Shown here piece by piece: positions 57,275-64,000 of a stretch of DNA of 64,000 nucleotides. The stretch spans positions 27,200-91,199 of the forward strand of contig CAXBAF010000007.1 in assembly GCA_963973795.1 (NCBI GenBank). Reading direction: 5' to 3'. A program made the translations under genes and the position numbers. The notes below the pieces were generated by a model, which was not told the DNA's origin, searched no databases, and was given only the letters and a program-made list of their open reading frames with translations. Source of the stretch: an uncultured Phycisphaerales bacterium. Its GTDB lineage: Bacteria; Planctomycetota; Phycisphaerae; Phycisphaerales; UBA1924. The number at the start of each line of letters is the position of its first letter. Position 1 is the first letter of the stretch.

Positions 57275-59044
57275 TCACTGTCTCCGGACCAACTCCACCT
57301 CGTTCGATCCACGCAGTTTTACACGGCGGTATTCGACACGCACCGTCTCCCCCGGCTCGTACGCCGAGAGCACCCGGATCATTTCTTTCATGTCCCGCAC
57401 GGGTCGGCCGTCGATCGCGGTGATCACGTCCAGCCGGCGCAGCCCGGTCCGCCGGCGTGCCTCCCGGGGCACCTTCGTCACCGTCGGCCCATCCCCCTCG
57501 CCCTGCTCGATATCGACCCCGAGCACCGCGTTCAGGTCTGTCCCCGTCTCGGCGACCATCGGCAGCTCGTCGGCCACCCACGCCCGGTAGGCCGACTCGA
57601 TTGACGGGAGTTCCATACCGAGCACGGCTTCCATCGCCGCGATCCCGGAACGATCCGCCTCGAATCCGACCTCGGGGTCGCTCGTGTACCGCGCGTACCA
57701 GTCGGCGAGCACGCCTCGGTCCTGGAGAAACATAAAGATGGTGCGCGCGTGGGCGTACGCCGCGAGCGGACGACGGGTAGAAAAGTCCGCGTGCCCCCGG
57801 CCCATGAACACGGCAAAGTCCGGGAGCGGCCCGGCACGGGCCAGCCGCTTCACGATATTGGTCCGCCAGGACGGAACGGGGATCCACGCGTCCGCAGTGT
57901 CCGCAGCCCGAACCGGCTCGAGATGCTCCTTCGATTCTTGCTGGCCATCGGCGGGGATGAGGTTCGGGTCAACACCCTCGGGAACATCTCTCGCAACCGA
58001 ACGCCGGGGCTCTTTGTTGACGATCCGAGTCGGGTCCATGTCCTCCACAAGGCTCGCGAGCCCTTCTTGGACCCAGATTGGGTGGGTCTGCCCCAGGCGG
58101 TCCATGTCGCGCCAGTGCAGCACATGGAAGAACTCATGTCTGAGCGTCGGGCCGAGGTCCTGCGCAACAAGCCGTTTCTCATCGTGCTCGTAGGAGCCGC
58201 CGATGCCGGCGAATGCCCGCCGGGCGCGCTCGCCGTAAGTCCAGAACGCCCACTTCAGGAAGTCGCGTTGGTCTGGGAGTGCGAGCACGACAAACGACGC
58301 CCCATCGACGGGTTCGTCCGATCCGACCGGGAGAACCCCGCAGGCCCAGCCGGCGACCTTTGCGATCTCGGTCATCGCCTGGTCGGTCTCTCGCGCGTCA
58401 TGGGACGAGATCACGTCGATGCGGAGCGTGTCGTCGGCGCGGATCTCTTTCTTCCCGCGGACCCACGCTTCGGTCTGCTCGAATCGAACGCGCCGCTGCG
58501 CGTCGATGATCCGGCCCCAGTGCTCGATCAGTTCCTGAAACTGTTGGGTCTCTCGAATCGGTGCGAGGTAGGGATCCCGCTCCAGATGGCCCCGGTTCGC
58601 GAATCCGAGCTCGATCGCGCGGCGCAGGTCCGCGTTTGCCTCGTCGAGCTTCCCCCGGGCCGCCCGGGCGCACGCCAGGTTGTAGTGGACGACGAAGTTC
58701 TCGGGATCGATCTCCAATTGCGCACGCAGCACTCGCTCGGCCTCGGCGAAGTCCCCTGCACCGAATGCCTCGACCGCCTGGGATGTCAGCTCAGAGGACG
58801 CCGCCCGGCGTTCGTTGACCGCTCGCATCGCGTCGGCAGCCGCATCGATTTCCTCGTCGAGAACCGACAACGGATCGGGCTCTCGATCGGCCTGAGCGGA
58901 AGCCAGTCCCGCCGAGATCAACAGCACCGCGGCGCAGGTGATGGCCGAGCTGACCACAACACCAAGGCTTCCCCTTTTCGCGATGCTCGTTTCTGCCAAT
59001 CCGGATCCCCGATCGGTACCGCGTCCGGCGGGCCTGATCCCCAT
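57275..59044 (-). CDS. Secreted putative zinc metalloprotease (DUF1570-like HExxH) with an N-terminal TPR-like region and a C-terminal PDZ domain
   Basis: HEFFHVLHW provides the HExxH motif. The TPR-like region reads AERVLRAQLEIDPENFVVHYNLACARAARGKLDEA, and the PDZ-like C-terminus reads LRRLDVITAIDGRPVRDMKEMIRVL. The signal-like segment is VVVSSAITCAAVLLISAGLASAQ. ATG 59044 was chosen because the track start 59080 would overlap purN. Confidence 0.65.
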   Translation of the reverse strand: MGIRPAGRGTDRGSGLAETSIAKRGSLGVVVSSAITCAAVLLISAGLASAQADREPDPLSVLDEEIDAAADAMRAVNERRAASSELTSQAVEAFGAGDFAEAERVLRAQLEIDPENFVVHYNLACARAARGKLDEANADLRRAIELGFANRGHLERDPYLAPIRETQQFQELIEHWGRIIDAQRRVRFEQTEAWVRGKKEIRADDTLRIDVISSHDARETDQAMTEIAKVAGWACGVLPVGSDEPVDGASFVVLALPDQRDFLKWAFWTYGERARRAFAGIGGSYEHDEKRLVAQDLGPTLRHEFFHVLHWRDMDRLGQTHPIWVQEGLASLVEDMDPTRIVNKEPRRSVARDVPEGVDPNLIPADGQQESKEHLEPVRAADTADAWIPVPSWRTNIVKRLARAGPLPDFAVFMGRGHADFSTRRPLAAYAHARTIFMFLQDRGVLADWYARYTSDPEVGFEADRSGIAAMEAVLGMELPSIESAYRAWVADELPMVAETGTDLNAVLGVDIEQGEGDGPTVTKVPREARRRTGLRRLDVITAIDGRPVRDMKEMIRVLSAYEPGETVRVEYRRVKLRGSNEVELVRRQ

Positions 59045-59057
59045 ACGCCGCCGGCGA

Positions 59058-59669
59058 CTACACGGTTCTACGGTCATCATCGATCGCGAGTTGCAGCGCG
59101 TCGGGGAGGGTCTCGAGTTCGAGCTCGAAGACCCGCGCCCCGAGATCCTCGGGGGTGTCGCCCGGATGTACCGGGCACGCCCGCTGCAGGATCACCGGAC
59201 CCGCGTCGTAGGCGTTGTCGCAGTAATGCACAGTGCATCCGCTCTGCGATTCACCTGCCTCGATGACGGCTCGGTGAACTCTGGTCCCGAAGAGCCCCTT
59301 GCCGCCGAACCGTCCGCCCGTTCCATCTCCCGGGAGCAGGGCCGGGTGAATATTAACGATCCGCCGTTCGAGTTCAGGCGGCACCGGGACCCGTCGGAGG
59401 TAGCCGGCGAGGACGACCAGCCCCGCACCGGTCCGGCAGACCCGCTCGAGCAGTTCATCGGACGTGAACTCGCCGGGAACGATCTCGGGGCGGTACCCCA
59501 ACGCCTCGGCGCGTTCGACCCCGACACACTGACGGGAGGCGACGACATCGACAATCCGGGCTTCGAGCCGCCCGGATGCGATCCGGTCATGCAGATTCAC
59601 CAGCGTCCGACCGGACCCCGACAGGAACACCGCGAGCCGAGATCGGTCAATACCTGAAGACTCGTTCAT
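59058..59669 (-). CDS. purN: Phosphoribosylglycinamide formyltransferase
   Basis: Motifs LAVFLSGSGRTL, VVLAGYLRRV, NIHPALLP and GCTVHY are present. Confidence 0.88.
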   Translation of the reverse strand: MNESSGIDRSRLAVFLSGSGRTLVNLHDRIASGRLEARIVDVVASRQCVGVERAEALGYRPEIVPGEFTSDELLERVCRTGAGLVVLAGYLRRVPVPPELERRIVNIHPALLPGDGTGGRFGGKGLFGTRVHRAVIEAGESQSGCTVHYCDNAYDAGPVILQRACPVHPGDTPEDLGARVFELELETLPDALQLAIDDDRRTV

Positions 59670-60082
59670 GACGACAGCGCCGCGATCGCCGCGTCCCGAT
59701 CCGGCTTCACCATCAGCAGGCGGTCCATCCGGGTCAGCTTGAACAACTCGGTGAGTTCAGTCGAGAGGCCGCACACCGCGAGCGTTCCCTTGCGTTCACC
59801 CATGCGTTTATGAAGCTTGACAACGGCACCGATACCCGCGGACGCGAGCATCCCGACCGAGGCAAGATCGAGCACGATCGCCGTGCATCGCTCGTCGATC
59901 AGGGCTTCGGTCTCGTCGTAAAGGATGCCCGACTCTCGTTCGGTAATGTGCTCGTCGACGACACAGACACAGAGCACGGGTCCCACCCGCTCCGCAACGA
60001 TGTGGACGCTATTGAAGACTTCTACTGCCTTTGCCGTAGGTGTCTTGCTGGATCTGTCCTTGCCGGATTTCCTGGAAAACAA
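59666..60082 (-). CDS. STAS-domain protein (anti-sigma-factor antagonist family)
   Basis: Motifs IVLDLASVGMLASAGIGAVVKL and LAVCGLSTELTELFKLTRMDRLL are present. There is a 4-nt overlap with the purN start. Confidence 0.75.
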   Translation of the reverse strand: MFSRKSGKDRSSKTPTAKAVEVFNSVHIVAERVGPVLCVCVVDEHITERESGILYDETEALIDERCTAIVLDLASVGMLASAGIGAVVKLHKRMGERKGTLAVCGLSTELTELFKLTRMDRLLMVKPDRDAAIAALSS

Positions 60083-60097
60083 AGCGGTCCCCTGCGG

Positions 60098-60541
60098 TCA
60101 ACAGTCCTTGGTATCGAATCGGGTGGGATACGTCGATGGCGCGGGCGCTTCTCGAAACGGGACGGAGCGTCCTGCGCGATCAAGCGACACCATCGTGACT
60201 GTCGCGGTCGTCACTCGGATGGGTTCGCCGGTGTTGTGCCGGCGCGCGTCCACCTGGACACAGATCGTCACGCTCTTTGTCCCGACGCGCGACGTGTGAG
60301 CGTACAGTTCGATGATGTCCCCGAGGAACACGGGCGCGATGAAATCGACTCGTTCCATCGACGCGGTGACCCACACGCAGTGGGCGTGCCTGAGGGCCGC
60401 GACCATCGCCGCTTGATCTACGTAACTCATGATAACGCCGCCGAAGATCGTCCCGTTGGGGTTCGTGTCCCGCGGCATCGAGACCACCCGCAACGCGAGC
60501 GTTCGGTCTTCCGGGGGATGATTCTCGGGCGGGGTGCTCAT
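60098..60541 (-). CDS. Acyl-CoA thioesterase (hotdog fold, YciA/4HBT-like)
   Basis: ATG 60541 inside track ORF 60098..60640. Motifs MPRDTNPNGTIFGGVIMSYVDQAA and VDFIAPVFLGDIIELYA are present. Confidence 0.8.
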   Translation of the reverse strand: MSTPPENHPPEDRTLALRVVSMPRDTNPNGTIFGGVIMSYVDQAAMVAALRHAHCVWVTASMERVDFIAPVFLGDIIELYAHTSRVGTKSVTICVQVDARRHNTGEPIRVTTATVTMVSLDRAGRSVPFREAPAPSTYPTRFDTKDC

Positions 60542-60597
60542 CGCCGCCAGCGTAGCGTCACCGCCGCGTGCGCGTCGCGCGACGCGTACTGTTCGGG

Positions 60598-61242
60598 ATG
60601 ACCACAAACGACACGAACGCAGCCGGCGTCGCGGCCCCATGCCTCGAGGTCTTCTCGGCCCTCACACCCCACGCGATCGTAGAACGGTACCGGAACGGCC
60701 TCGTCGCCCTGGACCCGCGCGTCCTTGAGATGGACGACGATGTCGCGGACCGTTGGTTCGAACCCCAAGACCACGTCGGCCTCTGGTCGGCCCGGGCACT
60801 CCTGACCCACCTGATGGATGTCGAGATCCTCAACGCGATGCGGATCCGCCGGGTGCTCGCCGAGGAGAACCCGGTGTTCGAGAACTGGGACGAGCACGCC
60901 TTCCTCGATTCTAGGCTTTCCCGCCCAGGGCCCGATGCCCTTCTCATGCCCAGCGGGGCATGCGTCGCGACCGTCCACACGCTGCGGCAGACGCTCGCGT
61001 CGATGCTCGTGCAACTCAGCCCAGAAGACTGGGAACGCAAGGCGATGACGCCGTACCAGGGCGAAGTGACGCTTCTCGACATCGTCCGCTACGTCACCTG
61101 GCACCTCGAGCACCACGCCGCGTTCCTGAACGCGAAGGTCAACCTCGTGCTCGGCCCCGCCGCAGAGGGCGACACGTCCTTCGAAGGTTGCGGCGAGGGC
61201 TGCGCCTGTGCGAGCCAGAGCAACGAACAGACCGCAGGGTAA
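60598..61242 (+). CDS. DinB-family (four-helix bundle) protein
   Basis: LLTHLMDVEI and the C-terminal YVTWHLEHHAAFL provide His-containing DinB-type motifs. The start is uncertain, at 60568 or 60598. Confidence 0.6.
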   Translation: MTTNDTNAAGVAAPCLEVFSALTPHAIVERYRNGLVALDPRVLEMDDDVADRWFEPQDHVGLWSARALLTHLMDVEILNAMRIRRVLAEENPVFENWDEHAFLDSRLSRPGPDALLMPSGACVATVHTLRQTLASMLVQLSPEDWERKAMTPYQGEVTLLDIVRYVTWHLEHHAAFLNAKVNLVLGPAAEGDTSFEGCGEGCACASQSNEQTAG

Positions 61243-61294
61243 TTCCCAGCCAGATTATCTCTCGCAGCCCGAGGCCCATTAGGAAAGCGCCGCG

Positions 61295-62983
61295 TTGAAC
61301 CCACTCTTCGAACAACGTCGGTACCTGATCCCGTTCAGATCGACTCTGCTCCCGCAGATATTCACCGACACGCTCGTGATCGGGGGAGGCGTCGCCGGTC
61401 TCCGCGCGGCGATCGAAGCCGCTCGCCCGGACGCCGAGGATGAGCACCCCCCGAGCGATGTCATCCTGCTGAGCAAGTCCGACTTCGGGGCCACCAACAC
61501 GGCTTGGGCGCAGGGCGGTGTTGCCGCCGTGCTCCGCGAAGGGGACTCCTTCGATCAGCACGCGCGTGACACGATCTCAGCCGGTGCCGGGCTCTGCGAT
61601 GAAAAAGCAGTGCAGGATTTCGTTCAGCGCGGCGCGACCCGCATCCGCGAGCTCATCGATTGGGAGATCCGATTCGACCGGGACGAGGACACCAACGAAC
61701 TGCTGGCCGGTCGCGAGGGCGGGCACACGGCGAGCCGGATCTACCACGCCGACGGTGACGCGACAGGCCGTGAGTTCCAACGCGTGCTCGTTGAGCGTGT
61801 CCGAGCCGCCGAGAACGTCCGGATCTTCGATGGCTGTTTCGCGCTCGATCTCATTACCGCGAGCGACGAGCCCGGGTCACCTGTCCGAGGCGCGATCACC
61901 CACCACCCCAGATACGGCCTCCAGATGATCTGGGCAAAGACGACAATCCTCGCGTGCGGCGGCGCGGGCCAGCTGTACCGCGAAACCACAAACCCACGCG
62001 GCGCGACCGCCGACGGCCTCGCCCTCGCCTTCCGCGCCGGGGCGTCGGTCGCTGACATGGCATTCGTCCAGTTCCACCCAACGACTCTCTATCTCCCGGG
62101 TGCAAACAGGGCCCTGATCAGCGAGGCGGTCCGGGGCGAGGGAGCCCACCTCGTCGACGCGAGCGGCCATCGTTTCATGACCGACATCCATGAAATGGCC
62201 GAGCTCGCCCCGCGCGACATTGTCAGTCGGGCAATCGTGAGTCGCATCGCCGACCAGGGCGGCACCAACGTCTGGCTCGACTGCAAGCCGATCGACGGGT
62301 TCGCCGCGCGTTTCCCTGGCATCGACGCTGTCCTCAAGCGGTTCGGCATCGACGCGAGCACCGACCTCGTCCCGGTCCATCCCGCGGCTCACTACTTCGT
62401 GGGCGGTGTGCGCGCCGACGCGAACGGTCGAACCGACGTCCCCGGCCTGCTCGCCGCGGGAGAGGTCGCCTGCACAGGGTTCCACGGTGCAAATCGACTC
62501 GCGAGCAATTCCCTGCTGGAGGGCCTTGTCGCCGGAGCGGCGTGCGGCCTCACCGCCAGGGAGCGGGCCGCGGATCTCTCCAACGCCGGCGGCCCGACCC
62601 AGGTCGTCAGCGACATCCGGCCCAGTGAGCAAGGCGAGATCGATCTCATCGACATCCGATCCAGCCTCCGCAGCGCGATGTGGCGGAATGTCGGTATCCA
62701 ACGGACTGGCGCGAAAGTCCGCGACACCGTCGACATGTTCGATTTCTGGGCCCGCTACACGCTCGATAAAATCTTCGACGAGCCGGAAGCGTGGGAAACC
62801 CAGAACCTGCTGATGGTTGGTGCTCTCGTGAGCCGGTCCGCGTTCTGGCGCGGAGAGAGCCGAGGCTGTCACGCTCGGAGCGACGAACCAAGCTCCAAGG
62901 AGGCGTTCGCGGTCCACGATGTCTGGCGTCGGGGCCGGTCGTCACCAGTCACCGTGGCGCGAGACGAGATCTATTCAAGCTGA
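61295..62983 (+). CDS. nadB: L-aspartate oxidase
   Basis: The FAD-binding motif DTLVIGGGVAGLRAA is present, with HPTTL, FHGANRLASNSLLEGLV and GCHAR. A TTG start is implied by the track. Confidence 0.9.
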   Translation: MNPLFEQRRYLIPFRSTLLPQIFTDTLVIGGGVAGLRAAIEAARPDAEDEHPPSDVILLSKSDFGATNTAWAQGGVAAVLREGDSFDQHARDTISAGAGLCDEKAVQDFVQRGATRIRELIDWEIRFDRDEDTNELLAGREGGHTASRIYHADGDATGREFQRVLVERVRAAENVRIFDGCFALDLITASDEPGSPVRGAITHHPRYGLQMIWAKTTILACGGAGQLYRETTNPRGATADGLALAFRAGASVADMAFVQFHPTTLYLPGANRALISEAVRGEGAHLVDASGHRFMTDIHEMAELAPRDIVSRAIVSRIADQGGTNVWLDCKPIDGFAARFPGIDAVLKRFGIDASTDLVPVHPAAHYFVGGVRADANGRTDVPGLLAAGEVACTGFHGANRLASNSLLEGLVAGAACGLTARERAADLSNAGGPTQVVSDIRPSEQGEIDLIDIRSSLRSAMWRNVGIQRTGAKVRDTVDMFDFWARYTLDKIFDEPEAWETQNLLMVGALVSRSAFWRGESRGCHARSDEPSSKEAFAVHDVWRRGRSSPVTVARDEIYSS

Positions 62984-62997
62984 ATGATCGGTGCGGC

Positions 62998-63660
62998 ATG
63001 AATCAACGGAACGGGCGATCCGGATCGACAACCACGCTCCAACACTTGCCAATCAACCCCAAGGGCCGAGTCACGTCGCGCACCATGATCGGAGCATCAG
63101 CCGCCGCCGCGGTGATGGTGGGAAGTCTCACCGCCTGTGTCGAGGTCAACCGCGAGCCTGTCGGCAAGCCGCTCCTCTCGGGTCTCCAGAGCGGCGGGGG
63201 TTTCACCAGCCTCCGCCAGCTCGACGAGAACGGCCAGCCCGCCAGCCCCGCAGGCCTCGGCACGGGAGCCGACAAACGCACCGTCGCCGAGGACGGCACC
63301 GTAATCCTCAGATCGCCGACCATTAGCGACCTGATGCGACACATCCTCGAAACCGTCGTGAACGACGAAGAAGAACCCTTCACCGAGCATCTGCTCTCAT
63401 CGGTCACAAAGCGCGAATTTATCGAACGCGGCTACGACCCCGCCGAGGCATTCCGCGAGCTCAAACGCCGCGAAGACGACGTCCGCGCGCTCTTCCGCGC
63501 GATCCCGATCGGCGAGTTCACGCCGGGGGTCATGCTCCGGAACGTCGGGCCCAACATGTTCCGCCTCGGCATCAAGGGCGACCCCGACCTCCGATGGTCG
63601 TTCATCGACGTCGTCCTCGAAAAAGGGCATTACAAACTCCGATGGCTCGGCCGGGATTGA
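62998..63660 (+). CDS. Hypothetical lipoprotein
   Basis: An internal ATG (62998, or alternatively 63085) of track ORF 62791..63660 leads to MIGASAAAAVMVGSLTAC, a lipobox-like sequence. No family was recognised. Confidence 0.55.
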   Translation: MNQRNGRSGSTTTLQHLPINPKGRVTSRTMIGASAAAAVMVGSLTACVEVNREPVGKPLLSGLQSGGGFTSLRQLDENGQPASPAGLGTGADKRTVAEDGTVILRSPTISDLMRHILETVVNDEEEPFTEHLLSSVTKREFIERGYDPAEAFRELKRREDDVRALFRAIPIGEFTPGVMLRNVGPNMFRLGIKGDPDLRWSFIDVVLEKGHYKLRWLGRD

Positions 63661-63690
63661 CCCGCGGGCGATCGACGCTTTGCTCTCGCC

Positions 63691-64000
63691 TCATCCCCCG
63701 GTCGTCTGCCGGGCTTTCAGCGTCATCGGGACGATGATCTCTTCGCCGTTGCGGATCACCGTCAACTCGATCTCGTCACCCGGGTTGTGCGTCGTGAGCA
63801 TCGGCATCCAATCCTGCACCGTCGCGACAGCCTCGCCGTTCCAGACCGTGATCCGGTCACCCTCTTTCAGGCCGGCGTCGGCGGCGCTCGTCCCGTCGAA
63901 GACCCGCGCGACGACGATACCACCCGCTTCGCCCGAATAGTCACCCGGCGCGATGCCGACACGGACCTTCACCCCGCCCGGCCCGCCCATCCGCTGGCGC
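63691..64000 (-). CDS. C-terminal PDZ domain of a larger protein (HtrA/DegP-like protease or another PDZ protein); the 5' end lies beyond the window
   Basis: The sequence GIVVARVFDGTSAADAGLKEGDRITVWNGEAV...GDEIELTVIRNGEEI is a typical PDZ domain. The frame stays open to base 64000. Confidence 0.6.
   Translation of the reverse strand, partial: RQRMGGPGGVKVRVGIAPGDYSGEAGGIVVARVFDGTSAADAGLKEGDRITVWNGEAVATVQDWMPMLTTHNPGDEIELTVIRNGEEIIVPMTLKARQTTGG

Noticed and set aside
1-64000. Search for rRNA, tRNA, CRISPR arrays, transposases, integrases, prophage genes or defence systems
   Set aside because: Spacers are short and none shows cloverleaf-like, direct-repeat or IS-end structure. No ORF shows DDE, tyrosine- or serine-recombinase, Cas or restriction-enzyme motifs. 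Absence is judged by eye only; tRNAscan-SE, Infernal and PADLOC would be decisive.

Overview
This is a GC-rich bacterial chromosomal window. Gene content suggests Planctomycetota (a dcw remnant without ftsA/ftsZ, a type III glutamine synthetase, a DUF1570-like protease, giant envelope proteins), but the taxon is an inference only.

Bases 1-9,000 carry a lipoprotein trio (unknown protein, YcfL-like, LpoB-like), murC-murB-ddl-ftsQ-like, a membrane protein, greA, panD and a Fur-family regulator on the minus strand.

Bases 9,076-52,280 form an almost entirely plus-strand block that encodes a type VI secretion system (T6SS). Its two arms, tssK-tssL-tssM-tagF and tssA-tssB-tssC-hcp-tagJ-tssE-tssF-tssG-clpV, have the same gene order as Pseudomonas aeruginosa HSI-I. 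The regulatory and accessory layer is unusual:
- The PpkA-position gene encodes a 1637-aa apparent pseudokinase with one transmembrane (TM) helix, a giant ectodomain and a C-terminal FGE-sulfatase-fold domain.
- TagF is fused to a paralogous TM, ectodomain and FGE-sulfatase-fold module (1531 aa).
- I see no FHA domain, no PppA phosphatase, no VgrG/PAAR and no effector/immunity pair.
- A two-partner secretion pair (an 895-aa TpsB and a 2747-aa filamentous-haemagglutinin-like TpsA) sits between tagF and tssA.

Bases 52,485-64,000 are housekeeping: glnN, thyA, purN, a STAS protein, a thioesterase, a DinB-like protein, nadB, and envelope and PDZ proteins.

I found no rRNA, tRNA, CRISPR array, transposase or integrase. 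All family calls come from reading motifs in the supplied translations. No database search was run.
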